DNA of 64,000 nucleotides from an uncultured bacterium (GCA_963786935.1 CAWBAN010000001.1:897158-961157), one strand, 5' to 3'. Positions 37,888 through 48,360 are shown, counted from the first letter of the stretch. Translations and numbers: made by a program. The notes: generated by a model not told the origin, from the sequence alone.

Positions 37888-39030
37888 ATGAAACCTGCCC
37901 CGCTGATCTTCCTCGTTTTCGCGGCATTATCGACGGCCGCCGGCTGCGGTCCCGACAAGGCGATCAGGTATTACAATCTCGGCATCGAAGCCGCCAAGCG
38001 AGAGGATTATGCCGAGGCCGCCCGGCTGTGGAGCGAGGCGATCAAATATCGGCCGGACGATCCCGAGGCTCGGTACAACCTCGGTGCTGCACTCGTCCAG
38101 CTGAAGCGCTACGCGGAGGCCGAGCCGCACCTCCGGAGAGCCATCGAGCTCAACTCGCTCGACGCCGACGCGCACCAGATGCTCGGCGCGTGCCTCGAAA
38201 AGCTGGATCGACTGCCCGAAGCGAAGAAGGAATACGATTTCGCGCTGACCGTCAAGCCCACCAATGTCCCGTCGCTCGTCGGGCTCGCCAGAATCGCCCT
38301 CACGGAAGGCCAGAACCGATCGGCGGAGAACTACGCGGCTCGCGCCTCCGCCCTCGATCCGGGCAACCTCGAAGCGAACATGCTCCTCGCCGAGGCGTAT
38401 TTCCGGAACGGCGATTTCAACTCGGCGTACGGACAGATCCTCTCGGCCCAGAAGCTCGGCACCGCCAACGCCTCGCTCTACTTCCTCACCGGCAAGATCG
38501 CATACTCGCGCCGGATGTACGAAGACGCCCTCGACGCGCTGCGGTCGGCGCGCGCCCTCGGCTCCTCCACGGACGAGCTCTTCCGCTACCTCGGCCTCAC
38601 GAACCTCGCGCTCGGCGACTTCGGGGAGGCGGAAAAGGCGTTCCGGCTTTCGATCTACAAGAACCGGGAAAACGCCAAGACATGGAACGGGCTCGCCGAG
38701 ACCTACATCAGCGAGAAGCGCTGGCGCGAGGCGGGCGAAGCGGTCGACGAGGCCGCGCGGATCGATCCGTCCGATCCGGAGACGCTCCTCCACCGCGCGT
38801 CCGTGCGCATGGGGACCGGGGATCCGGCGGGCGCCGTCGGCACGCTCGAGACGCTGCGCGCGCAAGCGAAGTACCCGCCGATCGCCGACTATTATCTGGG
38901 GCACGCGTATCTCAGGATCGGAGAAAACGCCCAGGCCCGCGCCGCGTTCCAGCGGTTCATCGAGACCTGGGAAGGGGATCAAGCCCTCGCCGACGAGGCG
39001 AAAGCCACGTCGGACCGTCTAGCTCCCTGA
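37888..39030 (+). CDS. TPR-repeat lipoprotein
   Basis: MKPAPLIFLVFAALSTAAGC is a lipobox. About 9 TPR units follow (AEAARLWSEAIKYRPDDPEARYNLGAAL, among others). It is divergent from the hdr operon. Confidence 0.8.
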   Translation: MKPAPLIFLVFAALSTAAGCGPDKAIRYYNLGIEAAKREDYAEAARLWSEAIKYRPDDPEARYNLGAALVQLKRYAEAEPHLRRAIELNSLDADAHQMLGACLEKLDRLPEAKKEYDFALTVKPTNVPSLVGLARIALTEGQNRSAENYAARASALDPGNLEANMLLAEAYFRNGDFNSAYGQILSAQKLGTANASLYFLTGKIAYSRRMYEDALDALRSARALGSSTDELFRYLGLTNLALGDFGEAEKAFRLSIYKNRENAKTWNGLAETYISEKRWREAGEAVDEAARIDPSDPETLLHRASVRMGTGDPAGAVGTLETLRAQAKYPPIADYYLGHAYLRIGENAQARAAFQRFIETWEGDQALADEAKATSDRLAP

Positions 39031-39933
39031 CGCGGCCCGCTCCTTCGCCCGCGCCGCTTCCGGACTCATCCGCATCACGAGATAGATTCCCGCGAGAATC
39101 GCCGCGCCGCCGACGATCTCGGTCGCCATCGGCCGTTCCCCCAGAAGAACGAGTGCGAGCACACTCGCGCCGACCGGCTCGCCCAGTGCCGCGATCGCGA
39201 CCACGGTCGCCTCGAGATGCTTGAGCGCCCAGTTGAAGAGCGTATGCCCGACGATCTGGCACACGAGCGCCATGGCGAAGCACACCGCGTAGCACTTCCA
39301 CCCGCATCCGGCGAGGGAGGCGCCCGCACCGAGCGCCGCCGCCGCGAGCAGGACGGCCGCGCACGCGTACACCGGAAAGACGTATGCGAGGAGCGAGAGC
39401 CTGCCGCGCAACCGCGCGCCGACGAGAAAATATCCGGCGAACGCGACCGCGCCCCCGAGCGCGAGGATATCTCCTTTCCATCGCGCTCCCCCCGCGGCGG
39501 CGTCCCGCCCGCCGATGATCGCGCCCCCGAGCATCGCGACGACGAGACCGATCCAGCAGACGAGCGAGATCCGTTTCCGGAGCACGACGGCCGTGAACAG
39601 CGCGACCCAGAGGGGGTTCGTCGTGACGAACACGACGCTGCTCGTCACCCCGGTGTACGAGAGCGACGCGATCCAGAGGTAGAAATGGAGCGCGAGGAAG
39701 AGGCCCGAGACGGCGAGGAGCCGGCGGTCGCGGCCCGAGAGCCGCGCCATCTCCTCCCGCGTCGCTCGTGAGGCGAGCACGAACGGCAGGAGAATGAGCG
39801 CCGAGAAGATCATCCTGAGCGCGGCGACCGTCGGAGCGGGAGCGCCGGCGACGCGCACGAAAATGGAGCCGAACGAAACGGCGACGATCCCCGCCCCGAG
39901 CGCTTGAAACAGCAGCGCCGCGTGTGCTCTCAT
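39019..39933 (-). CDS. DMT-superfamily (EamA) transporter
   Basis: The 304-aa protein has 10 TM helices and two EamA-like halves. Confidence 0.8.
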   Translation of the reverse strand: MRAHAALLFQALGAGIVAVSFGSIFVRVAGAPAPTVAALRMIFSALILLPFVLASRATREEMARLSGRDRRLLAVSGLFLALHFYLWIASLSYTGVTSSVVFVTTNPLWVALFTAVVLRKRISLVCWIGLVVAMLGGAIIGGRDAAAGGARWKGDILALGGAVAFAGYFLVGARLRGRLSLLAYVFPVYACAAVLLAAAALGAGASLAGCGWKCYAVCFAMALVCQIVGHTLFNWALKHLEATVVAIAALGEPVGASVLALVLLGERPMATEIVGGAAILAGIYLVMRMSPEAARAKERAASGS

Positions 39934-40036
39934 ACCGGTGTTTCCCGCCGCGCCGGCCCGGCGGTCCGCCCCTTTCGCTTCGGCGGTTGAATTGTATTGA
40001 ACGGCCCGCCGCGTTCAAGTAGATTCTCCTTCCGGT

Positions 40037-40816
40037 ATGAACGAGGAACGCAAACCGATTCCCCCCGACAGGGTCCTCGGCGACGAATGGCTCGACTGGA
40101 AAGGGAGCGACGCGCCCTCCCGGATCACCGAGGGAACGCGCACCTATCTCGCGCTCTCGTTCGCCGTGCTCGCCGGATTCGTCCTCCTCGGGGCGCTCTT
40201 CTGGTACCTGGTCCTCCCCCGCTTCGAGCAGTACGGACGCCTCTACGCGGCGATCCTCACCGCCGCCGTCGCCGGCGGAGCCGCGTTCTTCCTCGTGTGG
40301 TACGCGCTCCTCATCGGCGCGGTCGTCTCCCAGCGAATCTACCTCGCGATCTGTCTCCGGCGCGGCGGCAACCTCCTCGTCATGCTCTTTCCCGCGGTGG
40401 CCCGGCTCGCGCGTTCGTTCGGCATCTCGCGCGACCGGCTCGGCCACTCGTTCATCGAGGTGAGCAACCGGCTGGCCGCGCCGCGGCGCGCGGACGGCGC
40501 CGTGCTCGCGCTCATCCCGCGCTGCCTGTCGAAGGACCTGAAACGCGACGTGAAGCGGATCTGCGACGAAAGCCCCGGGGTGATCCTGCATACGGCTCCC
40601 GGCGGAACGCAGGCGCGCTCGATCATCCGCGACATCAGGCCCCGTGCGATCGTCGCCGTCGCGTGCGAGCGGGACCTCGTCTCGGGCATCCACGACGTCG
40701 CGCCGCTCATACCCATCATCGGCATCCCCAACACGCGGCCGCTCGGCCCGTGCAAGGACACGGTGATCGACATCGAGAAATTCCGATCCGCCATTCTCTT
40801 CTTCACCCGCGCATAG
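40037..40816 (+). CDS. DUF116 family membrane-associated protein
   Basis: An N-terminal TM hairpin is followed by a conserved C-terminal region (LIPRCLSKDLKRDVKRICDE...GGTQARSIIRDIRPRAIVAVACERDLVSGI). Confidence 0.7.
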   Translation: MNEERKPIPPDRVLGDEWLDWKGSDAPSRITEGTRTYLALSFAVLAGFVLLGALFWYLVLPRFEQYGRLYAAILTAAVAGGAAFFLVWYALLIGAVVSQRIYLAICLRRGGNLLVMLFPAVARLARSFGISRDRLGHSFIEVSNRLAAPRRADGAVLALIPRCLSKDLKRDVKRICDESPGVILHTAPGGTQARSIIRDIRPRAIVAVACERDLVSGIHDVAPLIPIIGIPNTRPLGPCKDTVIDIEKFRSAILFFTRA

Positions 40817-40951
40817 CCCGCTCCATGGCACGGTTATTGAATGTACCCCCCCCGGGACCGGCGGCACACGCCCCGGACCGGCCGACATCCGACCGGTCCG
40901 GCCAATCGCCGTGCACACGCTCCGTCCGCTTCGGAGCAAGGAGTGCTCGCA

Positions 40952-41572
40952 ATGAACGATCGCACAACCGTCGCGAAGTCGGCCGACGCGCTCGCGCGCG
41001 GCATCAAGATCCGCATGCGATATCTCATGTTCGCGGGAATGCTCGCCGTGGCGCTCGTCTTCGGAACGTCCTTCTACTTCGCGCTCCTGTCGAACCAGTC
41101 CGCGCTGGCGCGCCAGTTTCCCGAGCTCGAGGAAGTCGCCGCGAAGCTCCGGAATATGCTCGTGCTCAACACGGCCGTTTTCGCGGCGATCATCATCGTC
41201 TCCTTCGTCCTGCTCGCCGGCATCGTGACGTCCCGCCTGTTCCATCCGATCGCCGCGCTGCACCGCGACCTCGTCGCGATGGCCGAGGGGAAGCTCCCGC
41301 GCCGCGCCGATTCGAGCGCTCACGGAGCCTTCTCCGCGATCGAGACGGCTTGGAGCGCCGCTCTCGCGCGAATTCACGAAAAGGAATCCGGCGAGATCAA
41401 GGAGATCGCCGATTGCGCCGCTTCGCTCTCGCGCGGAGCCGCCCCGGCGGAAGCCGCGCTGAAGCTTCAGGAAATTCTGGGGCGCAAGCGGGCCTTCGTC
41501 GGCGCCTCGGCGCCCGAAGAGGCCGGCGACAAGGAAACGGCGAAGGATCCGCTGTTCATCCAACCCGTTTGA
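40952..41572 (+). CDS. hypothetical membrane protein (two TM helices, HAMP-like linker)
   Basis: It has two hydrophobic helices (MFAGMLAVALVFGTSFYFALL; VFAAIIIVSFVLLAGIVTS) and a coiled-coil tail. The start was set at the internal ATG 40952. Confidence 0.5.
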   Translation: MNDRTTVAKSADALARGIKIRMRYLMFAGMLAVALVFGTSFYFALLSNQSALARQFPELEEVAAKLRNMLVLNTAVFAAIIIVSFVLLAGIVTSRLFHPIAALHRDLVAMAEGKLPRRADSSAHGAFSAIETAWSAALARIHEKESGEIKEIADCAASLSRGAAPAEAALKLQEILGRKRAFVGASAPEEAGDKETAKDPLFIQPV

Positions 41573-41715
41573 CGGATCGCCCTTCCGATTTTTCTACTTC
41601 TCCCTCTCGACACGCTTCTGCGCATATGCTATAATCATCTTAGAAAACAAGTGATTCATTCATTTGTTTATAAATTCTATCAAGTGCGCTTTCTAAGCAA
41701 TTGGGAGGAAAAGAG

Positions 41716-42111
41716 ATGCTAAGTGTCAAGCGCATGGGGTTCCTGCTTCTTGCATCGGCTCTGGTGCTGATTCTCAGCGTTCCGACGCTGGCAGCGCCTG
41801 CGACGGTCAAGAAGAGCGTGCAGGCGCTTGAAGGCGGCAATTTCCTTATTAAATTGGTAGTTACGTCATCGAAAGCCGGCATCTTCGGATTCGAGATCAA
41901 GGATCCGAAAGGCACGATCATCGATGTCTACGCTCCCGCGGGCTGGTGCATTCTCTCAGACGGAGAGCTCGGTTTCGCCAGGACGGGAGATAAGCCCATA
42001 AAGGCCGGCAAAAGCGCCGAGTTCCTGATCCACGCAACGTCGGCCGACGCAGCGTTCGTTTGGACGTTTTTCAGTGAAATGGAGCAGATAGGCAAGCCCG
42101 AAGTGCTCTGA
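41716..42111 (+). CDS. small secreted protein, uncharacterized
   Basis: An AT-rich promoter region and GGGAGGAAAAGAG precede ATG. The signal peptide is MLSVKRMGFLLLASALVLILSVPTLAAPA. The mature part is ~100 aa. Confidence 0.55.
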   Translation: MLSVKRMGFLLLASALVLILSVPTLAAPATVKKSVQALEGGNFLIKLVVTSSKAGIFGFEIKDPKGTIIDVYAPAGWCILSDGELGFARTGDKPIKAGKSAEFLIHATSADAAFVWTFFSEMEQIGKPEVL

Positions 42112-42205
42112 GGCCGGCTGCTCGCCCCGTCGATTGATTCACCCGGGGTGATCCTCCGCACGTGAGGATGGATCGCCCTGGGTGGTCTTTTGCCCCCGCC
42201 GCCGC

Positions 42206-43639
42206 TCAGCGGGCGATGTACTGCCCGATATCGATATCCCGGACCGCCTGATCGATAATGCGCTCGATCCGCCACTTCCGCTCGTTCGTCGAGGGATCGA
42301 TCTCGTTGAGATCGATGACGGCCTTTCCGTCCGCGCCGTTTCCCGACGCGTCGCTCAGGATGCGCGCGCACGGCAGGGAGCCGCTGCCGCCGCTCATGCC
42401 GATGACGATCACCGTTTCCCCCGTGGCCAGCCGCAGCATGCTCCCGATCGGAATGTTGCCGAGCGCGCGCAGGAACGACGCGAAGTAATCCGGGCTGAAT
42501 TCGCTGCCGCTCCCCCGTTCCATGAGTTTGATCGCCTGATACGGGCTGATCTGCCGGCGGTACGGCCGCCTCGTCGTCAGCGCGTCGTAGCTGTCCGCGA
42601 TGCGCACGATCTCGCTCGCCTTGTGCGGTTCGAATCCCTCTTTCGGCGACGGATAGCCGGCGAGATCGTGGCGCATATGGTGCTCGTACGCCACGCGGCG
42701 CGACACGAGATCGAGTCGCTCCTCGCGCAGGATCCGCTCGCCGTCGACGGGATGACGTTTCATCGCCTGCCATTCGCTCGGCGTGAGCCGCCCCGCCTTG
42801 TGAATGACGGCGCGCGGCACATAGATCTTCCCGATGTCGTGGAGAAGCGCGGCGTGCGCCACGGCGTCGACGAATTCGTCTCCGAGCCCGAGATTCCTCG
42901 CGATCGCCGCCGAAATGACCGCCACGTTCACCGAATGGGTGAACGTGTAATCGTCGTATTCGCGGAGGGAGTCGAGGAGCAGAACCGTCGCCGTGCCTCC
43001 ACGCTCCCGCTCGATGACCTCGACGATCTTCGCGCGGGCCGTCGTCCCGTCCGCGGACTGAATCTTCTCGAGCGTGCCGAGGATCCCCTGGACGACCGTG
43101 CCGATCGACCCCTGTTTGCCGGCCCCGTTCGCGGGCTTCGGCGGCCGCCGTTCGCCGGGTTCCCGGGGCCCCGCCCCGGCGCTTCGCTCGGGCGCGGATG
43201 CGCACGCGTCCCGTCCATGGCGCACCCGAATCTTCTCCATCCGAGCGACGGGGCTTCCGTCACGCTTCATCCCGCCGGTCGCGAGGAGCCCGGCGAGAGC
43301 CGCGATATCGCTCTTCTCGACGCCGCTCATGAATTCCATCTCGCCGATCCGCTGTCTCACGAGCGCCTCGCGGAGCAGATGAACGGCTCTATCCTCGGTG
43401 TCGGACAGGTCGAGCTCGTAATTGAGCCAGCATATGCGGCCGTTCGCGTGGATCAGCCTGACCGATTTCTTTCGCTGCAACGCGCTGTCGATATGCATGA
43501 ACGCCGATCCGAGAACGCGCTCGACCGACGGGTGCCGCGCCGGGAAGAGACGCGTCTGCAGCACGAGACCCGCGAGGCTCTCCACGACCTCCCTGAACTG
43601 CTGGAATTCGTGCGGAAGCGCGCTGTGAACGGCCTTCAT
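42206..43639 (-). CDS. HD-GYP domain c-di-GMP phosphodiesterase
   Basis: It has HSVNVAV...HAALLHDIGKIYVP...HH...GYP. The start was set at M118 of the listed ORF, since the upstream part is S/R-rich junk. Confidence 0.8.
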   Translation of the reverse strand: MKAVHSALPHEFQQFREVVESLAGLVLQTRLFPARHPSVERVLGSAFMHIDSALQRKKSVRLIHANGRICWLNYELDLSDTEDRAVHLLREALVRQRIGEMEFMSGVEKSDIAALAGLLATGGMKRDGSPVARMEKIRVRHGRDACASAPERSAGAGPREPGERRPPKPANGAGKQGSIGTVVQGILGTLEKIQSADGTTARAKIVEVIERERGGTATVLLLDSLREYDDYTFTHSVNVAVISAAIARNLGLGDEFVDAVAHAALLHDIGKIYVPRAVIHKAGRLTPSEWQAMKRHPVDGERILREERLDLVSRRVAYEHHMRHDLAGYPSPKEGFEPHKASEIVRIADSYDALTTRRPYRRQISPYQAIKLMERGSGSEFSPDYFASFLRALGNIPIGSMLRLATGETVIVIGMSGGSGSLPCARILSDASGNGADGKAVIDLNEIDPSTNERKWRIERIIDQAVRDIDIGQYIAR

Positions 43640-43835
43640 CGACGGCGGCCCCTTTCCCGGTCCCGATTTCGAGCGAAGACGGATCGATCCGCTTTCCACG
43701 GTGCAAATTTCGTACCGCCGGCACGCTCCGAGGCGCGCCCGCGGCCCACGAACGCACGATCCCATTGATTTTTCGAGCGATTTAGCGCACGATCGCGCGT
43801 GTACTGCGGCGTTCCGCCGCGAGAGGAGCCGTCCC

Positions 43836-45860
43836 ATGAGCCCCGGCCGCGCGCTGACGATCTCGCTCGTCTTTCTCCTGCTTACGTCAGGCGGATGCTC
43901 GTTCCGTCCCGGGGGGACGCGCGCCGTCGAGGAAGACGATTTCATCGAGCCTGTCGAGATCGAGGGAAAGCGCGAGGTCTGGAAGGACATCGCCGAGATG
44001 AAGGAGCGCGTCGACGCCGACTACGGAAACGTCGAGCTCCATCGGCAGCTCTCCGTCCTCTACCGGCTCGCCGGCACGCCCCGCGCCCGCCTCCTTTCGT
44101 CCGAGGAGATCGACAAGGCGATAGCGCTCGATCCCGAGAATCCCCTCCTGCACGTCGAGCGCGGGCTCACGCTCGTCGCCCGGCGGTTCGTCGGAGAGGC
44201 CGAAGCCGCGCTCGTCCGGGCGACCCAGATCGATCCGAAGTGCTTCGAGGCGTGGTTTCAGCTCGGCCGTCTCGAGCAGTACGAATACTACAAGACCATG
44301 TGCTTCGTCGACCATCTCGTGAAGGCGATCGAGTATTTCGAGAAAGCCTTCCGGATCGACAAGAAGAACGAAGAGACGCTCGAGAACCTCGCCTATCTCT
44401 ACTCGTGCCGCCAGATGTACCAGACCGGGCTCAAGTACGCCTCGCGGGCCGTTCAGTACTATCCCAAGAGCACGGAGGCGCAGCTCGCCTGCGCTATGCT
44501 CTACACGAGGCGCAAGGATTTCGAGAAGGCGCGGACCGCCTACGCGAACGCCTTCCTGCTCATGACGGACGAGGAGCGCCATCCCTACGACGATATCTCG
44601 CCGCTCCTCGACGCCGAGGAGCGGGAGCTCTACCTCGGCTGTTCGGACGCGAAGCGGGAGGACTGGAACCGCCGGTTCTGGATGGAGAACGATCCGACGC
44701 CCGCGACCGAGATGAACGAGCGCCAGCTCGAGCATTTCGCGCGCGTGACGATCGCGGACAAGGCCCTGTCCGACGAGCGCCGGAACTCGCGCGGCGCCCT
44801 GACCGACCGCGGCGCCACCCTGATCCGTTTCGGCCTCCCCGACCAGAAGCTCTACGATCTCGGCAGCAGCGGCACCTCCGGGGGCTGGGTCGTATGGCAG
44901 TACGCGGCCGGGAAAGGCTATTTCAACATGTATTTTCATGACGAGTTCCTCAACGGCGACTACCATTTCCCCATCAGCGATTATTACGGGGAAGCCTCGC
45001 TCAGGCTCCTGAACGCCGTTCCGCAGCGCTATACGTTCCCGATCCCCTACGCCTCGTTTCCGATCAGCTTCGAGGTCGCGGAGTTCCGCGGCGCCGACGA
45101 TCGCACGCGGCTCGAAATGTCGGTCGCCATCCCCGACTCGCTCCGGAGAACGCCGGGGGCCTCATGGGACATGTTCGTCACGTTCTTCGACGGGGACTGG
45201 AACCGCCTCTCCCGCGACCGGCTCCCGCTCGTGACCGACAGTCTCCCCGTCATCGAAAAAGGGGGCGGACGCTACCGCGTATCGAACTTCTCCATCGAAA
45301 TGCTCCCCCGCCCCATGGAATGCGCGTGCGTGCTCGAGGTGGTGAGCGACAAGGACCGCCGCAAGGGCACGCGCAGAATCCCGATCGAGATCAGGGATCT
45401 GTACGGCCGCTCGCTCAAGATCAGCAGCATCAAGCTGGCGCTGCCGGGCGCGCCGGGTTCGTGCTCGACCATCCTCGATCCCATTCCGCTTTACCGGGAG
45501 AAAAGCGCGCTCTGCATCGCCTACGAGGTGTACAACCTGCAGCTCGACGCCGGGGGCAGGTCGCGCTATCGCGTGAGCTACGCCATTCGCAAGCCCCCCG
45601 CGGACGACGAGAGAACGAGCGAGAGCATCAAGAAGACCCTCGCGTACATGTGGTCGAGCATGCGGGGGGAAAAGGGGAAGGACAAGCCCTATATCGAGAG
45701 CAGCATCGAGCAGAGCGTCGGCGCGGGAACGGCCGCCGATAACCTGCAGATCGATATCGGGGCCCTCGAGAAAGGCGTGTATATGCTCGTTCTCGGCGTG
45801 GAAGACCTCGCTTCGGGCCAGGTCGCGGCCGAGAGCAGAATCTTCACGATCAGCGAATGA
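43836..45860 (+). CDS. GWxTD domain-containing lipoprotein with N-terminal TPR region
   Basis: The lipoprotein signal is MSPGRALTISLVFLLLTSGGC. TPR-like helices occur through residue ~250. A GWxTD-type segment (RGALTDRGATLIRFGLPD...GWVVWQY) follows. Confidence 0.75.
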   Translation: MSPGRALTISLVFLLLTSGGCSFRPGGTRAVEEDDFIEPVEIEGKREVWKDIAEMKERVDADYGNVELHRQLSVLYRLAGTPRARLLSSEEIDKAIALDPENPLLHVERGLTLVARRFVGEAEAALVRATQIDPKCFEAWFQLGRLEQYEYYKTMCFVDHLVKAIEYFEKAFRIDKKNEETLENLAYLYSCRQMYQTGLKYASRAVQYYPKSTEAQLACAMLYTRRKDFEKARTAYANAFLLMTDEERHPYDDISPLLDAEERELYLGCSDAKREDWNRRFWMENDPTPATEMNERQLEHFARVTIADKALSDERRNSRGALTDRGATLIRFGLPDQKLYDLGSSGTSGGWVVWQYAAGKGYFNMYFHDEFLNGDYHFPISDYYGEASLRLLNAVPQRYTFPIPYASFPISFEVAEFRGADDRTRLEMSVAIPDSLRRTPGASWDMFVTFFDGDWNRLSRDRLPLVTDSLPVIEKGGGRYRVSNFSIEMLPRPMECACVLEVVSDKDRRKGTRRIPIEIRDLYGRSLKISSIKLALPGAPGSCSTILDPIPLYREKSALCIAYEVYNLQLDAGGRSRYRVSYAIRKPPADDERTSESIKKTLAYMWSSMRGEKGKDKPYIESSIEQSVGAGTAADNLQIDIGALEKGVYMLVLGVEDLASGQVAAESRIFTISE

Positions 45861-46275
45861 ACGGTGCCGGCACCCGCGCCGCGCCGGGAAGATCCGGCGG
45901 CTCCTTCCCGTTCGTTCCCGAATCGTCGGACGGCTCGTCATCCGATCCCAGCAGCACGATCACGGCGTATGCCACGACCGCGGTGATGATCGCGAAAACG
46001 GCGAGCTGCTTCCCGATGCCGGGCCCCTTCTCCTCCTCGATCTCAACGTCGAAGGTCTCGACGGTGTCCGCGGCGAACGCCCCGAAGCCCGCCGCGCCCG
46101 CCGCCGGCGCAAACGCCGGATCGAGCGGCGGCGCCGTCCGATCGGCCTCGATCACCCTGACCGCGTCGATTCCCTTCGGCGTGAAGACGCTCTCCGCCGA
46201 AACCTGCTGCGCGGAAACGAGCGTCCCGATGACGAGAAGGACGAGAACGCTCCGCGCTATTGCTCCGATCTTCAT
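45850..46275 (-). CDS. hypothetical secreted/membrane-anchored small protein
   Basis: A signal peptide (MKIGAIARSVLVLLVIGTLVSAQQVSA) and a C-terminal TM helix (LAVFAIITAVVAYAVIVLLG) are present. A 4-bp ATGA overlap couples it to the upstream nitroreductase. It converges on and overlaps the GWxTD gene by 11 bp. Confidence 0.5.
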   Translation of the reverse strand: MKIGAIARSVLVLLVIGTLVSAQQVSAESVFTPKGIDAVRVIEADRTAPPLDPAFAPAAGAAGFGAFAADTVETFDVEIEEEKGPGIGKQLAVFAIITAVVAYAVIVLLGSDDEPSDDSGTNGKEPPDLPGAARVPAPFIR

Positions 46276-46826
46276 GCTTTCCTCTCTTTTTCCGGCTGCG
46301 CGCCGGTTCCTCCCCACCGCTCATGCATGATGATTTCCTCGAGCGGCTTCCGCGGCCTCCTCACGCGATCCCCCTTCGGATACCCCAGCGGGGTGAGCGC
46401 CACGATCTTCACATCGGACGGGACCCCGAGGACGGCCCGCACTTCCTCTTCCAGGAACGCGCCGATCCAGCATGTACCGAGCCCCTCCGCGGCCGCGGCG
46501 AGCATGAGGTGATCGAACGTGATGCCGATGTCGACGGGAAGGCTGTTCCAGTAGCCGCCCATTTTCTGATAGGCGAGCTCCTCCCTGCCGCACGCGGCGA
46601 TCATGACGGGCGCCTCCGCGATGAAGCTCTGCCCCTTGCACGCGGGCACGAGACGTTCCCTGACCTCCCGATCCCGGATGACGATGAAGGTCCACGGCTG
46701 GCCGTTCTTGCCCGAGGGCGCGATGCGCGCGGCGTCGAGAATCCGCTCCAACGTTTCGTCGCTCACCGGATCGCTCCGGTAGCCGCGAACGCTCGTTCTC
46801 GTTCTCATCGCCTCGTACACATCCAT
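46272..46826 (-). CDS. nitroreductase family protein
   Basis: It has MDVYEAMRTRTSVRGYRSDPVSDETLERILDAARIAPSGKNGQPW and GLGTCWIG. Confidence 0.8.
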   Translation of the reverse strand: MDVYEAMRTRTSVRGYRSDPVSDETLERILDAARIAPSGKNGQPWTFIVIRDREVRERLVPACKGQSFIAEAPVMIAACGREELAYQKMGGYWNSLPVDIGITFDHLMLAAAAEGLGTCWIGAFLEEEVRAVLGVPSDVKIVALTPLGYPKGDRVRRPRKPLEEIIMHERWGGTGAQPEKERKA

Positions 46827-46994
46827 GGCGCGACGCTCCTTTCGCCTGCTCCGATCGTGATTTCCGCCGGCCAAAGCGGCCCCCGACTCTCACCATCAAT
46901 ATAATACCGAAATCCATCCATTTCTAGTCAATCGAGAGCCGGCCGGATGACGCGCTTTCTTGCAAATGCGGCGTCGCGAAACTATACTGAGCTC

Positions 46995-47642
46995 ATGAGG
47001 AAGGATCGCGAAACGCACCTCTCACACCGGAGCACCCGGAAACAATGGGCGATCATCATCGCGGCCGCCGTTGTCCTGCACGCGGTGTTCCTGCTGCTGT
47101 TCCAGCCCCGCTATCTCGAGGTGTTCAGGACCGAAATGCCCGCCGGCGAGGAAAGCACGGATCGTTCGCCGTTTCTCGACAATCCGTTTCACGTGCTCTC
47201 CCTCTCGGTGGAGCCGCAGCCGGCGCGCGCCACCGCGGCCGCTCCGCGGCACGCCGCCGAGGAAGCGGAATCCGCGCTCGAGGAGATCCCTCTCGGCGCG
47301 CCGGGCGATCTGCAGTCGGAGATGCTTCCGATCCAGGGAGGCGGAAGCCGCGGGACGAGGGGGACTCGAAACGCCGTGGTCGAGCCGAAGCCGCTCTACA
47401 TCCCGTGGCCGAAGTACCCGGCGGGCATCAAACAGCTGCCGCAGGGACGTGTCGAGCTCATGCTCCTCATAAATGAAAAGGGGGACGTCGATGACGTGAA
47501 AGTCACTCGAGCGCTCCCCCTTGAGGAACTCAACCGGATCGCCGTCGAAGCCGCCCGCAGGATCCGCTTCACTCCCGGTACGGAGGGCGGCGTGCGGAAG
47601 CCCATGTGGATCCGGCTCGCTATCGGATTTCAACCCCGCTAG
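46995..47642 (+). CDS. TonB-family protein (energy transducer TonB C-terminal domain)
   Basis: A TM helix (WAIIIAAAVVLHAVFLLLF) and a Pro/Ala-rich linker precede a TonB_C-like domain (PKPLYIPWPKYPAGIKQLPQGRVELMLLINEKGDVDDVKV). Confidence 0.65.
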   Translation: MRKDRETHLSHRSTRKQWAIIIAAAVVLHAVFLLLFQPRYLEVFRTEMPAGEESTDRSPFLDNPFHVLSLSVEPQPARATAAAPRHAAEEAESALEEIPLGAPGDLQSEMLPIQGGGSRGTRGTRNAVVEPKPLYIPWPKYPAGIKQLPQGRVELMLLINEKGDVDDVKVTRALPLEELNRIAVEAARRIRFTPGTEGGVRKPMWIRLAIGFQPR

Positions 47643-47654
47643 AGAGGCCTCCCG

Positions 47655-48338
47655 TTAAAACAGCGCCTTGATCGCCGTCCACGAGCTGTTCCGAACGCCG
47701 ACCTGGCAGTTCTGCAGGTTGAGCCAGCAGCTCCCCTCGACGTAGTCGTCCGCCCAGTTCGCGGGATCCGGGTTCTGGATCGAGCCGTTGAAGGTGCCGT
47801 CTCCGCAGTAACCGGCGAAGAGACCCGTGCCGTATTTCATGATGATCAGGTTCCCCGAGTACACGTCGAACATCCGCTCGTCGATATCGAGGATGCCGTC
47901 CTGATCCCAATCGGTGTACGTCACCACGACGACGAGGGTCCCGCCCATCATGCCGTTCGTCGCGTGCTCGAGCTGCCATACCGGCTTCGTCGCGCACGAG
48001 ACCTCGTCGAACACGATCGTCCAGCTGAACGAGTTGGCGTCGTACGAAGCGAAGTTGTTGAAGAGATAATCCCAGCGGGCCTGCGGATCGGACGCGGGCG
48101 GCCACGTCGAATCGTCGATCCTGATCCACCAGTCCGCGCCGAGAACGAGGGGATCCCCCGCGTTCACGAGTCCCGAATAGACGGGAAGGGTCGTGGTCAT
48201 CCCGTTGCCCGCTCCGTCGAATTCGAACTGGACGGAGAGCGCTTCGGGCAGCTGGGCCGAGGCGCTCAACGGCGAGATCATGTAGCCCGCGGCGAGAAAG
48301 AGGGCGATGAATATGTTGCCTTTCATTATCTCACGCAT
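47655..48338 (-). CDS. secreted protein, uncharacterized family (paralog A)
   Basis: It has a signal peptide (MKGNIFIALFLAAGYMISPLSASA). It shares the motifs W..DD..WP, R.DY....F..YDA, SGNL....YG.G.F...CG.G.F.G and C.VGV..SSW..IK with the adjacent gene. Confidence 0.6.
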   Translation of the reverse strand: MREIMKGNIFIALFLAAGYMISPLSASAQLPEALSVQFEFDGAGNGMTTTLPVYSGLVNAGDPLVLGADWWIRIDDSTWPPASDPQARWDYLFNNFASYDANSFSWTIVFDEVSCATKPVWQLEHATNGMMGGTLVVVVTYTDWDQDGILDIDERMFDVYSGNLIIMKYGTGLFAGYCGDGTFNGSIQNPDPANWADDYVEGSCWLNLQNCQVGVRNSSWTAIKALF

Positions 48339-48360
48339 CCTTTCGGCTTTACCGGATCCC

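Noticed and set aside
37698-37958. An 86-aa minus-strand ORF in the hdrC/TPR divergent promoter region.
   Set aside because: It overlaps the well-supported lipoprotein start at 37888 and has no homology features. It is probably spurious.
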